Source: Bacteroidota bacterium (GTDB taxonomy: Bacteria; Bacteroidota; Bacteroidia; Chitinophagales; LD1). Taken from it: a stretch of 64,000 nt of DNA. The number at the start of each line of letters is the position of its first letter. Position 1 is the first letter of the stretch. Below the pieces are notes generated by a model, which did not search any database, was not told the origin of the DNA, and saw only the letters and a program-made list of their open reading frames with translations. The translations under genes were made by a program, and so were the position numbers. Below, piece after piece: positions 45,150 through 55,777 of this stretch. The DNA lies in assembly GCA_026391075.1 (NCBI GenBank), contig JAPLES010000005.1, positions 4,533 to 68,532 on the forward strand, written 5' to 3'.

Positions 45150-46305
45150 AATGATGCGGCAAGTGAGGGTGCCAGCCCATTACCGTAATAAGAACGAAGA
45201 ATGAAATGATGTAAGCAAGAGCAATATGCCAGCCATTCAGTATCCAATCTTTCACACTCTTTGCTTCGGGATATAAAGTAGAAATAGCAACTCCTGCACT
45301 GGAGCCAAACCAAATCATGCTGCCACCAAAGCCAACACAATAAGCGAGCACCCCCCAATCGTAACCGCCTTGAGTAAGCGCTAGTTTTGTCAGTGGAATA
45401 TTATCAAACACACTCGAAACAAAACCAAGACCAAAAGCAGTTTGCCAACTGGCAGTAGGCAATTCTTCTACCGGCATCATAGATGCGCATAAAACTAAGG
45501 CGAGTAAAAAAACACTTCCGGGCAAAGCGAATTTTAATTCGTTCCATTCGGTTTTTATGATGAATGAACCAATGATAATTGCCAGCCAAACTCCCGCAGC
45601 AGGAAATTCAAGAACAACATTCGCAACAATTGCACCTGATAAAATCATGGCACAAACACCAATTCTTTTCCAACTAATTTTTGCTCCTGCTATTTCATCT
45701 TTCAAAATCGGTTGGTGCTTGTGCTGTTGTAACGAGGCGATAATTCCGAAAATAAAAAGTGCGGGAATAGCTGCTACGTATGCGTGAAGAACGTCCGCTG
45801 CATTTACGCCATCAATCCACATCATGGTAGTGGTGGTATCACCTACAACGCTGCCACTTCCACCTGCATTACTCGCTGCTACTATAGCCGCGATGTAACC
45901 GAGATGAACTTTCTTTTTGTAGATCACATGCGCCACACCACCGCCAATCATGGCCGCGGCTATGTTGTCGAGAAACGAAGAGAGAATAAAAACAAGAAGG
46001 AGTAAAATGAATCCGCCTTTCCAATCATCGGGTAAATAGTTTGGAAGTTTTGCCGGCACACCGGAGTGTTCAAAATGTTTTGCAAGAATGGCAAAGCCGA
46101 GAAGCAAACCGAAGAGATTCAACAAATCTTTCCATTCGTGCTGCGCGTGTTGAAGAAAATTAAATTCGGTAAAGAAAAATTTGTAAGCCAGAATAAGTGC
46201 CAAGCCTGTTAAAGCTACTTGCAATGTGCGGTGATGAAAAACCGCAACGCCAATAAGCGTAAGCCCAAAAATGAAGAATGCTAAATCAATTCCGAAGACT
46301 TGCAT
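45148..46305 (-). CDS. ArsB/NhaD-superfamily permease (NhaD-type Na+/H+ antiporter or citrate-transporter-like)
   Basis: About 11 TM helices. Motifs SSFLDNIAAAMIGG and GGSGSVVGDTTTTMMWI resemble NhaD-type signatures. Length 385 aa. Confidence 0.65.
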   Translation of the reverse strand: MQVFGIDLAFFIFGLTLIGVAVFHHRTLQVALTGLALILAYKFFFTEFNFLQHAQHEWKDLLNLFGLLLGFAILAKHFEHSGVPAKLPNYLPDDWKGGFILLLLVFILSSFLDNIAAAMIGGGVAHVIYKKKVHLGYIAAIVAASNAGGSGSVVGDTTTTMMWIDGVNAADVLHAYVAAIPALFIFGIIASLQQHKHQPILKDEIAGAKISWKRIGVCAMILSGAIVANVVLEFPAAGVWLAIIIGSFIIKTEWNELKFALPGSVFLLALVLCASMMPVEELPTASWQTAFGLGFVSSVFDNIPLTKLALTQGGYDWGVLAYCVGFGGSMIWFGSSAGVAISTLYPEAKSVKDWILNGWHIALAYIISFFVLITVMGWHPHLPHH

Positions 46306-46426
46306 GCAACAATGATAAACGATAATTAGATTAAGAGAATAAAAATGAAGACACGAATTGAACCAATTACACGAACTTGTATTTGCCTTTTAGTGGAATT
46401 CGGGAAATCCGTGTGTTTGTATTAAC

Positions 46427-46912
46427 CTAAGGATAATTGATGGGTGGATTATTTGTATAGGCAGGAACTGCAAGAAAACATTTTTTCTTGTTGAAGATAT
46501 AACTCACTACTGCTTCGCCTTTCACGTGGAATGGATTAGAAACATTCTGCAATTTTTCAAAATCATCGGGGTATTGTCGCAAACCATTATCGTGAAAACT
46601 TCCTCCTGTAATTTCGTAAGTAATATTGGTGGAAGAAGTTTTTGTTTTCACTTGCAAAGAAAAACCTGAATGATTTTCTTCCTGTTTCAATCCGTAAGTT
46701 CCTTCGGTATTGAACCAAACACTATCAAGTTCAATTTTGTATTTAGCAGGGCTACTCAGTTCTAAATTGTAACTCGTTCCATAGTGCCCTGCAATTCCTC
46801 CCGACCATTGTGTCCGCGAAGCCAAAACTAATTTCAACGGTTGACATTTTTTTGAGAACTGAAAAGAACAGAGAAGAAGAATCGCAAAGGCAAGAGCAAG
46901 AACACGTTTCAT
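46427..46912 (-). CDS. Hypothetical secreted protein or lipoprotein
   Basis: N-terminal signal-like MKRVLALAFAILLLCSF. No recognisable motif. Coding assignment rests on ORF length and its position between genes. Confidence 0.45.
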   Translation of the reverse strand: MKRVLALAFAILLLCSFQFSKKCQPLKLVLASRTQWSGGIAGHYGTSYNLELSSPAKYKIELDSVWFNTEGTYGLKQEENHSGFSLQVKTKTSSTNITYEITGGSFHDNGLRQYPDDFEKLQNVSNPFHVKGEAVVSYIFNKKKCFLAVPAYTNNPPINYP

Positions 46913-46960
46913 AATTTCATTTGTAACAAGACGGAATTTTGCTGTAATTCCACAAGCGCT

Positions 46961-48991
46961 TTATCTTTTCAAAGCATCGAGCGCATTTACTCCGCAATCC
47001 AAAAATGCGGCATACTCTTTTGCATCGGGTGTGTAACCGCGCGGATTGGCTAATAGTTTTTCATCGGGAGAAACAAGAACATAATAGGGCTGAGTATTTG
47101 CACCAAAATACTTCGCCTGCATTTCGCTGAATTTATTTCCGAGGGTTTTAATTTTCTTTCCCTGAAAAATTTCGCTGATATGCTTTTCGCTTTCCGGCAA
47201 TTCTTTTTTGTCATCTACATACAGTGAAACGATGACATACTTTTCTGATAAACGTTTCAACACTTCAACATCGGGCCAAACGTTCTCTTCCATTTTACGG
47301 CAATTAACACAAGCCCAACCAGTGAAGTCAATCATCAAAGGTTTATTCTCAGCTTTTGCTTTGGCAAGTGCTCCTTCATAATCATTCTTGATTGGCTCAA
47401 TGGCCGATTCTGTTTTGAGCAACGAATAAAATTTGGGTGGTGGAAAGCCGCTAAAGAAATGCAAATCGTTTCCGGGAATTCCATATGCGGTATAGACAGT
47501 GAAGAGCAAAGCAAGAACCGCTGCCGAAATTCTTACCGAAGAAAGTTTTTGTACTGGCGAATCATGAGGAAATTTCAATTTGCCTAGGAGATACACAAAC
47601 AATCCTGCACCACACAAGAACCACAATCCAAGAAACACTTCGCGTTTTAAAATTCCCCAATGAGCTACTAGGTCGGCATTCGATAAGAACTTTATTGCAA
47701 AAATCAATTCAACAAAACCGAGAACCACTTTCACCGAGTTCAACCAACCGCCCGATTTAGGAAGCGATTTCATCATGTTTGGAAACAAGGCAAACAAACC
47801 AAACGGAAGGGCGAGTGCAAAGCCGAACGAAGTCATTCCAGCAACCAGATTTAATTTTCCACTCGAAGAACTCAATGCTCCGACTAATAAGGAACCAATG
47901 ATTGGACCTGTGCAGGAGAAAGAAACGATGGCGAGCGTAAGCGCCATGAAAAATATCCCCACCATTCCGCCAACATTTGAGGCAGAGTCGGCTTTGTTGG
48001 CAATGAAGCTCGGCAATTCAATTTCGTAATATCCGAAAAAGGAAAATGCAAAGATGACGAAGATGGCAAAGAAGAAAACGTTCAACGGTGCGCCTGTAGA
48101 AATTTCATTGAGTGTATCGGGCGAAATATTGAAAATGAGAAACGGCACCGCGAGCAAAAAATAAATAAACACAATGCTGAACGCATAGAAGAATGCTTCA
48201 AACTTTCCTTTTGTTTTGCTCTCACTTCGTTTAGTGAAGAAGGAAACCGTCAACGGAATCATTGGGAAAACGCAAGGCGTAACTAAAGCCACCAAGCCAC
48301 CAATGAAACCAAGAATGATTATGGCGAATAAACTTTTATCTTCTGTTTCTGTGTTTGCTCCACAATCCTGTAAAGGCTTTCCAAATCTGTTTTCAGAAGA
48401 TGCAACTGCTTGTTGCGAAGAATCTTTTTTTACTTCGGTTTGAATAACTGCTTGAATTGCGGAATCAAATTTCTGTTGGTCAGAATTTATGAGGCCGCGA
48501 ATCTTGACGCTGTCAGTTTTTTTTTGAGGGTCGGCTGAAAGTTTCAAGTCGAATTCAAATTCTTTGTCATCGGGCGGCAAACAACTTTTGTCATCGCACG
48601 CCATGAACTCCAAGGTGCCTTTTAGTTTAGTGTCTTTGAGCACTTTTACTTTTTGTTCTAGCACCATATCACGTTCAAAATACTTCAAGTCAATATCAAA
48701 AACAGGGTCGTGTCCGCTATGAATTTTTGTTCCGCTTTCAATTGACTTGCCAATGAGTTGAACGTCCTTGTTTGTTTTATCAAAAGTAAGTGAAGTAGGA
48801 ATCGGTCCATCGCCTACAATGGTTTGTGTGTAGGTGTGCCACTTGTCGTCAATGGTTGCAGTGAAAATTAGTTTGTATTCTCCTTTTCCGGTTGACTCTG
48901 CTTTCCATGTCCATTTTACAGGCGTAACAATTTGCGCGAAAGAAAATTGAATCAATAAAATAGTGAAAAGCGAAATGAAAATTTTCTTCAT
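46961..48991 (-). CDS. dsbD: Thiol:disulfide interchange protein DsbD family (protein-disulfide reductase)
   Basis: A signal peptide and N-terminal periplasmic domain, then a central multi-TM core with VTPCVFPMIPL and SFSCTGPIIG Cys motifs, then a C-terminal thioredoxin domain (DFTGWACVNCRKME). Confidence 0.88.
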   Translation of the reverse strand: MKKIFISLFTILLIQFSFAQIVTPVKWTWKAESTGKGEYKLIFTATIDDKWHTYTQTIVGDGPIPTSLTFDKTNKDVQLIGKSIESGTKIHSGHDPVFDIDLKYFERDMVLEQKVKVLKDTKLKGTLEFMACDDKSCLPPDDKEFEFDLKLSADPQKKTDSVKIRGLINSDQQKFDSAIQAVIQTEVKKDSSQQAVASSENRFGKPLQDCGANTETEDKSLFAIIILGFIGGLVALVTPCVFPMIPLTVSFFTKRSESKTKGKFEAFFYAFSIVFIYFLLAVPFLIFNISPDTLNEISTGAPLNVFFFAIFVIFAFSFFGYYEIELPSFIANKADSASNVGGMVGIFFMALTLAIVSFSCTGPIIGSLLVGALSSSSGKLNLVAGMTSFGFALALPFGLFALFPNMMKSLPKSGGWLNSVKVVLGFVELIFAIKFLSNADLVAHWGILKREVFLGLWFLCGAGLFVYLLGKLKFPHDSPVQKLSSVRISAAVLALLFTVYTAYGIPGNDLHFFSGFPPPKFYSLLKTESAIEPIKNDYEGALAKAKAENKPLMIDFTGWACVNCRKMEENVWPDVEVLKRLSEKYVIVSLYVDDKKELPESEKHISEIFQGKKIKTLGNKFSEMQAKYFGANTQPYYVLVSPDEKLLANPRGYTPDAKEYAAFLDCGVNALDALKR

Positions 48992-49061
48992 TAAAAACTA
49001 ATTTTAAAGGTAGACGAAAATAGAAGAATAACCTTTCAGAGGTAAGTAGAATTAACGTGCC

Positions 49062-49544
49062 TTAACTATTCTTCCAGGCTTCCACGTTTCTTTTCATTTG
49101 GCGAATGTGAACAGGCACATGCTCTTCGTAAACTTTGAGCCATTGCTCAAAATTCATTACCCCGTTTTCAGAATGATTTACCGTGGCAGTTTCCCAGGTT
49201 TTATCATCAACAGTTTTAATCAAATCGTAAGAAGTTTTGCGAAGCAATTTGAAAAGCTCCAATGAATCCTCAATACTTTGCGAATGATAATCGAGATGTG
49301 TTGCCCATTTATTTTCATTGTAACCATATACTCCGCTGCCTGGTTCTGCAGTAAATCTGCGACAGCGCACGAAGGAGTTTGCTTCGCTATCGGCAATGTG
49401 AATAAGGATTTCGTGAATGCTCCATTTTTCGGGAGCGGGTTTCCACTGCCACATTTCTTTGGGAAATTCTTTTAATGATTCAATTAAAAGATTGTAGGCG
49501 TTGCCATAAGATTCAATGACTGTGTTACGCTCCTCCCTAGACAT
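49062..49544 (-). CDS. DinB-family (four-helix-bundle metalloenzyme-like) protein
   Basis: The 160-aa ORF has WSIHEILIHIADSE..., ..HLDYH.. and a C-terminal EEHVPVHIRQM, the conserved His pattern of DinB/YfiT-like proteins. Confidence 0.7.
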   Translation of the reverse strand: MSREERNTVIESYGNAYNLLIESLKEFPKEMWQWKPAPEKWSIHEILIHIADSEANSFVRCRRFTAEPGSGVYGYNENKWATHLDYHSQSIEDSLELFKLLRKTSYDLIKTVDDKTWETATVNHSENGVMNFEQWLKVYEEHVPVHIRQMKRNVEAWKNS

Positions 49545-49546
49545 AA

Positions 49547-50272
49547 CTACGCGTTACTGTAAAGCACCGTCATCTCCAGCACTTTGCTGATGAGAGATTC
49601 GAAAATAATTTTGCCATCGGTATTGAATAATGCTTTTTCAGAAGCCCGCTCTGGATGCGGCATCATACCGAAAACATTTTTTTGTGCGTTGCAGATTCCT
49701 GCAATGTTGTCGAGCGAACCATTCGGATTTGATTCTTCATTCACTTCACCGTTTTCATCGCAGTATTTAAAAAGAATCTGGTCGTTATCGTAAAGCGATT
49801 GAAGTGTGGCATCATCACAATAGTATCTTCCTTCACCGTGCGCAATCGGAATTTTTAAAACAGCTTCTTTATCAATTTTGCAGGTCAATAATGTTTTAGC
49901 AGTTTGTGGAGTGAGGTAAACATTTTTGCATTCATACTTCATGCTTTCATTGCGAAGCAAAGCACCCGGCAACAAATGGCTTTCGCATAAAATCTGAAAA
50001 CCGTTACACACACCTAAAACTTTTCCGCCATTATTAGCGAATTGAATTACGGCTTCCATCACCGGAGAGAAACGCGCAATGGCTCCTGTGCGTAAATAAT
50101 CGCCATAACTGAAACCACCGGGAAGAATGATGCAATCTTCAGTGGTGAACGCTGACAAATCAGTTTCCTTGTGCCAAATGTAACGCGCCTCGCAGCCCAT
50201 AACTTCTTTTACAACATGATACATGTCTTTATCGCAATTGGAACCGGGGAAAACAACTACTCCGAATTTCAT
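49547..50272 (-). CDS. purQ: Phosphoribosylformylglycinamidine synthase subunit PurQ (glutaminase)
   Basis: [14 protein letters not shown], nucleophile [10 protein letters not shown], and His/Glu in MMPHPERA. Length 241 aa. Confidence 0.92.
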   Translation of the reverse strand: MKFGVVVFPGSNCDKDMYHVVKEVMGCEARYIWHKETDLSAFTTEDCIILPGGFSYGDYLRTGAIARFSPVMEAVIQFANNGGKVLGVCNGFQILCESHLLPGALLRNESMKYECKNVYLTPQTAKTLLTCKIDKEAVLKIPIAHGEGRYYCDDATLQSLYDNDQILFKYCDENGEVNEESNPNGSLDNIAGICNAQKNVFGMMPHPERASEKALFNTDGKIIFESLISKVLEMTVLYSNA

Positions 50273-50282
50273 AGAATATAGT

Positions 50283-51290
50283 TTAGATGATGTTGAATAG
50301 TGGAAGAAACTGCATGCTTAACACGAACAAAATTAGAATTAAATGAATGACTTCGGGTATCCAGTTTCTTTTTATGTGCATTAAAATCATGGCTACAAAA
50401 ATTGCCAATGGCAAACTGAACAAAACGAAGTGACTGAGACGGATGCTTTGTTGCAGCAACATAGCCACTGCCGACAGAACAATAAATAGAATAAGGGTGT
50501 TCGAAAACTTGCGCACCTGAATGAGCGATGAATAAAGTGCCGATGGCAGCAACACCAGCGATGCCGCTGTGCAAGCCGCCAAAGTTACAATCACTATTTT
50601 ATCAGGGGCTGATAAATCAATACCAAGCAACCAACCTTCCGCATGAATATTTGCAATAGACAAAAACATCTCTGAAGTGCGGTCGTTCCAGAAATAATAA
50701 GTGAACACGAGCAGAAACGGAGCAAGAAAGCCTGTAAGCACACCGAGCCATTCGCGCAATTTGAATGGGCGAACTGTAGCTATGCCTATGTAAGCAAACA
50801 ACACAAAGATGATGCAGGGGAAATAAAAGAGTGCGGCTACAGCGGCAAGAAATCCAATATCAAAAATATCTCCGTACGATTTTTCTTTTCGGATAAGTGC
50901 AAAAATGCGTGCCGAACACAGAATTAGAAATGTAAGTGCCAAGGATGCAGGCGACAGCAACAAACCTTCTTTAAAGAACGAAGCAAAAATAATGAAGACA
51001 GCGCCTGCCAAATAATTTTTCTTAGGCAGCATTTTGTTTTCATTTACAATGTTATTGATGAACAAGGCTTGCATAAAACAAAGCACAGCACCCAGTGATA
51101 AACTCATGATTCCGAAATTGAGCGACTTGATTTTTAAGAATCCAAACAACAAATTGCTTAAAGGTTCGTGGTGCTGAAAAACAAAATCGGTTTGGGGTAT
51201 AGTGAAAAAGAAAATGAGCCGGAACAATACCAGATAAATGATGTAGAAAGTAACTATTGAGGGATTATTGGATTTAAAAAACGAGAGCAA
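50283..51290 (-). CDS. Multi-pass inner-membrane protein of unknown function
   Basis: About 9-10 hydrophobic helices across 335 aa. TTG start at 51290. No catalytic motif recognised. Confidence 0.5.
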   Translation of the reverse strand: MLSFFKSNNPSIVTFYIIYLVLFRLIFFFTIPQTDFVFQHHEPLSNLLFGFLKIKSLNFGIMSLSLGAVLCFMQALFINNIVNENKMLPKKNYLAGAVFIIFASFFKEGLLLSPASLALTFLILCSARIFALIRKEKSYGDIFDIGFLAAVAALFYFPCIIFVLFAYIGIATVRPFKLREWLGVLTGFLAPFLLVFTYYFWNDRTSEMFLSIANIHAEGWLLGIDLSAPDKIVIVTLAACTAASLVLLPSALYSSLIQVRKFSNTLILFIVLSAVAMLLQQSIRLSHFVLFSLPLAIFVAMILMHIKRNWIPEVIHLILILFVLSMQFLPLFNII

Positions 51291-51301
51291 GGGAGGGAAT
51301 T

Positions 51302-51336
51302 AATAGTGAATAGTAAATAGTGAATAGTAACAGACG
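51302..51336. repeat. Heptad array, TAGTRAA flavour, with an exact 14-nt tandem duplication directly upstream of the membrane-protein start
   Basis: The + strand reads AATAGTG AATAGTA AATAGTG AATAGTA ACAGACG. AATAGTGAATAGTA occurs twice in tandem (51302-51315 and 51316-51329). On the gene-sense strand this is TACTATT CACTATT repeated twice, ending 11 nt before TTG 51290. Confidence 0.9.
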
Positions 51337-51357
51337 ATTTGCATTTTCATTTCCGCA

Positions 51358-52797
51358 TTAGAAAGTAATTTTTACCAATCGCAATGAACCGCTTTTGTAA
51401 CTTGGTATTAGCACCTCATCGGGTGCGGTTTGTTTTCCTAGTTTGGGCATGAGCATAATATCCTGTTCTTCTTGGTATGTCAACTGTTTCTTATCCTGTA
51501 TGCCCGTACTTGTAATTGAATATTCATTCAATGAGCCAGTGGTGGTAGGGTCATCTAAGTATAGAAAATGCATTTTATCTTTTTCGTTGAGCATTAAATA
51601 AGAAGAGTAAACACCATTGTCATCTTCGCTAGCTTGCTTCTTACGCAACACCGAATGCCACTCCATTATTCCGGCTGGATTGATAGAGAAGGTTAAGATA
51701 TCGTTGAATTGAAAAATATCGGTGGAGCGATAAGAATTATATCCCGGTTGCACACCAAGTGGAACCGACTGCTCGCGTGAATCTTTGATGTACGATTCAG
51801 CGATGAGCAAGATGCCGCCATCGTTGCGCAAAATAATTTTGCGAATGCTGAACGTGTATAAACTTTTGTTGGTCACGTTTTCGCGGCCGGTGAGTTCGGC
51901 AATAAAATCGTTCGAAAATTCGGTGTATTTCGTGTGGACCGCAGTGCCGTTATCGGGGTCGAAGCTGGAATACAGAAAACCATTAGCTACATTTTCGTTT
52001 GTGCGTTTTTTATCATCGTAAAAAGCACTCATCACCATGTTGCCGTTTTTGTTGTCAATTTCAAAATAGGGTTCATCAAAAATTTCTTTTTCGGTCAGCA
52101 GATTGTAAAAAGCAAAGCCGCCATTGTTGCTTAAATGCAAAACGTTATACACGCTGCCTTCGCCTCTGCTGGCGGGTTTTAGAATCAAAAACGAATTGCC
52201 TTTGTTGTCTATAAGCGCTTTCGATTGCTCCAGTTCCGATTCATCGCGGTTAAGCGGAACGGTTTTGTTGTAAAGCATATTAAGCGTGCGGTCAACGCAC
52301 ATAAACTTAATGCTCTCTACTTTTGCCTCGCTGAAAAACGGATAGTAAACCATTAAGTAGCTTTGGTCAACCGAAGGTTTAAAGCGCAGGTTCTGCGACA
52401 CTAATTCTTTGTGGTCGTAAATCGTATCGATAGAAACCGCTTTGCCTATTTCAATAAATTTTGAATTAACAGGCTGCGCCAGCAGCACCGAATATTTTTT
52501 TTGCTGCTCTAAATAAAAAATAACCGCGCCCGTTTTGTTGAGCATAATGTATTGCAACTGCCCGTCCTGGTTTTTGTAATCAATAATTTTATTGGTGACT
52601 AAGCGCAGCGAATTATCATACACGCTAATCACATCTTCGCTGCCGTAGAGGCGTACCACAATGCCATCGTTGTTCTTACCTACAATTTTAAACTTGCTTG
52701 TTTTAGCCGGCAGCTTGGTGGCATTTGAAATTTCTACCGACTGCGCGGAAACGGAAACGGAGAAGATAATGAAAAGAAAAAGTGATGAAATTTTCAT
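51358..52797 (-). CDS. Hypothetical secreted protein (479 aa)
   Basis: Start set to ATG 52797, giving the signal peptide MKISSLFLFIIFSVSVSAQ. The longer ORF to 52908 would overlap serS. No motif recognised. Confidence 0.5.
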   Translation of the reverse strand: MKISSLFLFIIFSVSVSAQSVEISNATKLPAKTSKFKIVGKNNDGIVVRLYGSEDVISVYDNSLRLVTNKIIDYKNQDGQLQYIMLNKTGAVIFYLEQQKKYSVLLAQPVNSKFIEIGKAVSIDTIYDHKELVSQNLRFKPSVDQSYLMVYYPFFSEAKVESIKFMCVDRTLNMLYNKTVPLNRDESELEQSKALIDNKGNSFLILKPASRGEGSVYNVLHLSNNGGFAFYNLLTEKEIFDEPYFEIDNKNGNMVMSAFYDDKKRTNENVANGFLYSSFDPDNGTAVHTKYTEFSNDFIAELTGRENVTNKSLYTFSIRKIILRNDGGILLIAESYIKDSREQSVPLGVQPGYNSYRSTDIFQFNDILTFSINPAGIMEWHSVLRKKQASEDDNGVYSSYLMLNEKDKMHFLYLDDPTTTGSLNEYSITSTGIQDKKQLTYQEEQDIMLMPKLGKQTAPDEVLIPSYKSGSLRLVKITF

Positions 52798-52849
52798 TCG
52801 CTCAAAACTAAGAAATACGTTGGCAAATAATCTTCGAAGCAACCTCTTC

Positions 52850-54115
52850 TTACCCAATTTTTCCAAACCCTGTATAAGCCTGCAAAGCCGCAGGTATTTT
52901 AATGCCATCGGCTGTTTGGTGATTTTCTAAAAGCGAAGCCACTATGCGCGGCAAAGCCAAAGCACTGCCGTTGAGCGTATGTGCGAGGCGTGTCTTTTTG
53001 TTTTCATCTCTAAAGCGCACCTTCATGCGGTTGCTTTGAAAGGTTTCAAAATTAGAAACCGAGCTTACCTCGAGCCAACGTTTTTGTGCCGCGCTGTAAA
53101 CTTCAAAATCGTAAGTAAGAGCGCTGGCAAAACTCATATCGCCACCACACAGGCGCAAAACGCGGTAAGGCAGTTCGAGTTTTTGCAGCAGCACTTCCAC
53201 ATGCTTCGCCATTTCTTCAAGCACTTCGTAGCTTTTATTGGGGTGCACTATCTGCACTATCTCCACCTTGTCAAACTGGTGCACGCGGTTGAGCCCGCGC
53301 ACATCCTTGCCGTAGCTACCCGCCTCTCTTCTAAAGCAAGGAGAGTAAGCGGTAAATTTTGCAGGCAGCGTTTCTAAAATTTCATCGCGCACAATATTGG
53401 TTACCGGCACTTCGGCTGTAGGTATCAGGTAGAAACCTTCTTCCTTGGTTACATACATCTGCCCTTCTTTATCGGGCAATTGCCCCGTAGCAAAAGCACT
53501 GGCTTCGTTCACCATGTGCGGAGGAATTACTTCCATATAGCCCGCTTCAATGGCATGGTCTAAAAAGAAACTAATCAGCGCGCGTTGCAGTTTGGCTCCC
53601 TGTTTTTTGTAAACGGGGAAACCCGCACCGGTAATTTTTACTCCGAGTTCCAAATCAAACAGGTCGTATTTTTTTGCCAAATCCCAATGCGGCTGTGCAC
53701 CTTCGTGCAACGTTGGAATTTCACCCATGGTTTTCACCACTTCATTTTCCTCGGGTGTTTTACCGAGCGGCACTGTGCTATGCGGTGTATTCGGAATGCG
53801 CACGAGGATATCTTTTATCTCGTCTTCGGCTTTGGCTAAATTGGCTTCAAATTGCTTAGAGTCTTCTTTCAGTTTAGCGGTTTCGGCTTTTTTGCTTTCG
53901 GCATCTTCCTTTTTGCCCTGTTTAAAAAGTTCGCCAATTTCTTTGGCTATCACATTTTGCTTCGCTAGGTTTTCATCCAATTTGGTTTGTATAGCTCTGC
54001 GCTTTTCGTCCAGTTGCACTACTTCATCAATAAGATTCAGCTCTTTAAAATTCTTTACAGCCAGGCGTTGTTTAACGGCTTCTGCATTGTTTCTGATGGT
54101 GGTAATTTCTAACAT
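52850..54115 (-). CDS. serS: Serine--tRNA ligase
   Basis: N-terminal coiled-coil arm and class II core: YLIPTAEVPVTN, SPCFRREAGSYGKDVRGLNRVHQFDKVE, and NGSALALPRIVASLLENHQ. Length 421 aa. Confidence 0.93.
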   Translation of the reverse strand: MLEITTIRNNAEAVKQRLAVKNFKELNLIDEVVQLDEKRRAIQTKLDENLAKQNVIAKEIGELFKQGKKEDAESKKAETAKLKEDSKQFEANLAKAEDEIKDILVRIPNTPHSTVPLGKTPEENEVVKTMGEIPTLHEGAQPHWDLAKKYDLFDLELGVKITGAGFPVYKKQGAKLQRALISFFLDHAIEAGYMEVIPPHMVNEASAFATGQLPDKEGQMYVTKEEGFYLIPTAEVPVTNIVRDEILETLPAKFTAYSPCFRREAGSYGKDVRGLNRVHQFDKVEIVQIVHPNKSYEVLEEMAKHVEVLLQKLELPYRVLRLCGGDMSFASALTYDFEVYSAAQKRWLEVSSVSNFETFQSNRMKVRFRDENKKTRLAHTLNGSALALPRIVASLLENHQTADGIKIPAALQAYTGFGKIG

Positions 54116-54373
54116 GGTTCAAAAATTTTGTCCGAAGGATCCCTTCGGGAAAACCGCGAATATAAAAATTGCAAGCCGCTGTTTACTAAGCACAATAACC
54201 AATCAGTTTATTCGTCTTTACCACAAGCAGCTTGTATTTTTTTAGCAATAAATATTCAAATTGCTATTGCCTTTTTTGCTTTCTAATATTACCTTGCTTG
54301 TATATCGTAAAGAATTTTATTTTCGCGTTCCGTAAAAAACGGGACGCTCTTACCAAATAAACCCTGATTTATA

Positions 54374-55243
54374 ATGAGACAGCTAAAGATTTCGAAATCC
54401 ATTACCAACCGCGAGAGTCAATCTATTGAGAAATATCTCCAGGAAATTGGCAAAGAAGACCTGTTAACCCCGGAAGAAGAGGTGCATTTGGCGCGGAGAA
54501 TACGTGCCGGAGACCAGACTGCTTTGGAAAAGCTAACCCGTGCGAATCTTCGTTTCGTGGTGTCGGTGGCTAAGCAGTATCAAAACAACTCGCTTTCATT
54601 GAACGACTTGATTAACGAGGGAAACTTAGGACTGGTGAAAGCCGCTCAAAAGTTTGATGAAACTCGCGGATTCAAATTCATTTCGTATGCCGTGTGGTGG
54701 ATTCGTCAGTCAATCATTCAGGCATTAGCGGAGCACTCTCGTATGGTTCGTTTGCCGCTGAACAAAGTGGGCTCATTGACCAAAATCAACAAAGTATTCT
54801 CTGAACTGGAACAAAAATATCAGCGCGAGCCAACTCCTGAGGAAGTAGCAATGGTATTGGAAATTACTGTAGAAGAAGTAGAAGCCACTTTGGGAATTTC
54901 TGCCCGCCACGTATCAATGGACGCTCCTTTTACCGATGGAGAATCAAACGCCCTGATTGATGTGTTGGAAAACTTCAATGCCGACAAAACCGATAATCAT
55001 CTTGATTACAAAGATTCATTGCGCATTGAAACCGAAAGAACACTCGCTTCGTTGACTGAAAGAGAAAAAGAGGTAATCAAATTGTTCTTCGGTATAGGTG
55101 TTGAACATCCAATGACTTTGGAAGATATCGGTGACAGCTTAGGCATTACCCGCGAGCGTATTCGCCAAATCAAAGACAAAGCAATTACCAAACTTCGCTC
55201 GCAAAGCCGCAGCAAAGCATTGAAAGCATACTTAGGTCAATAA
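54374..55243 (+). CDS. rpoD: RNA polymerase primary sigma factor (short Bacteroidota RpoD/SigA type)
   Basis: Region 2 [36 protein letters not shown] and region 4.2 [28 protein letters not shown]. Length 289 aa. Confidence 0.9.
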   Translation: MRQLKISKSITNRESQSIEKYLQEIGKEDLLTPEEEVHLARRIRAGDQTALEKLTRANLRFVVSVAKQYQNNSLSLNDLINEGNLGLVKAAQKFDETRGFKFISYAVWWIRQSIIQALAEHSRMVRLPLNKVGSLTKINKVFSELEQKYQREPTPEEVAMVLEITVEEVEATLGISARHVSMDAPFTDGESNALIDVLENFNADKTDNHLDYKDSLRIETERTLASLTEREKEVIKLFFGIGVEHPMTLEDIGDSLGITRERIRQIKDKAITKLRSQSRSKALKAYLGQ

Positions 55244-55264
55244 AAAAATTGGTCTGAAATTTTT

Positions 55265-55300
55265 AACCCCGCGAGGCAACTGTCAGCGGGGTTATTTTTT
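55265..55300 (+). terminator. Rho-independent terminator after rpoD (possibly shared with the convergent gene)
   Basis: AACCCCGC (55265-55272) pairs with GCGGGGTT (55286-55293) around a 13-nt loop, followed by ATTTTTT. It overlaps the stop codon of the minus-strand gene at 55292. Confidence 0.65.
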
Positions 55301-55777
55301 GCCCTTCGCTATAATTTCGGTAGTGCTGAATCCTTTGAGATAGGAAACTGTTTTTACTTCGCCACCATATTCATTTACAAAATCGCTGCCTACAATTTCA
55401 TCTTTTTGCCAGTCACCACCTTTCACCAGCACATCGGGATGAATGAAGTGAATGATGTTTTCAGGCGTGTCTTCTTCAAACAAAACAACCGCATCTACAA
55501 ATTGTAAAGCGGCAAGCAGAATAGCTCTTGATTGTTCATCATTCACTGGTCGGGATTCTCCTTTCAATCTTTTTACCGAAGCATCAGAATTTAAACCCAC
55601 AATTACTCTATCGCCAAATTCATTGCAGGTAGCCAGCAAATGCACGTGCCCCTGATGAAGAATATCGAAACATCCATTGGTAAACACAATCTTATCGCCC
55701 AGCATTCGCCAAAAGGCAATGCGCTTTTGCAATGCATCTGGAGAAAGTATTTTTTGTTCAATAAAATCTGAATTCAT
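55292..55777 (-). CDS. Cytidylyltransferase-fold adenylyltransferase (RfaE domain II-like D-glycero-beta-D-manno-heptose 1-phosphate adenylyltransferase)
   Basis: VFTNGCFDILHQGHVHLL (HxGH motif) and the 161-aa length are typical of the stand-alone RfaE C-terminal domain. Confidence 0.75.
   Translation of the reverse strand: MNSDFIEQKILSPDALQKRIAFWRMLGDKIVFTNGCFDILHQGHVHLLATCNEFGDRVIVGLNSDASVKRLKGESRPVNDEQSRAILLAALQFVDAVVLFEEDTPENIIHFIHPDVLVKGGDWQKDEIVGSDFVNEYGGEVKTVSYLKGFSTTEIIAKGKK

Noticed and set aside
45019-45358. ORFs 45019-45204 (+) and 45092-45358 (-)
   Set aside because: They overlap the strong bidirectional terminator and the 3' end of the permease gene in other frames, and have no motif support.
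46340-46426. ACACGAA direct repeats and a partial inverted match (GGAATTCGGGAAATCCGTGTG) upstream of the permease gene
   Set aside because: The matches are only 8-9 nt with mismatches and could be chance or a simple operator. They cannot be supported further from sequence alone.
52798-52908. Upstream extension of the 51358 ORF overlapping the serS 3' end
   Set aside because: The internal ATG at 52797 gives a canonical signal peptide (MKISSLFLFIIFSVSVSAQ) and removes the 59-nt overlap.
54131-54150. Stable small hairpin (CCGAAGG-ATC-CCTTCGG) 15 nt upstream of the serS ATG
   Set aside because: It could be a leader structure, but it is short. There is no T-box-like or attenuator context, and I cannot assess conservation.
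53727-54245. 172-aa + strand ORF, Ser/Leu/Phe-rich
   Set aside because: It lies antisense to serS, whose translation carries unmistakable class II synthetase motifs. It is a low-complexity shadow ORF.
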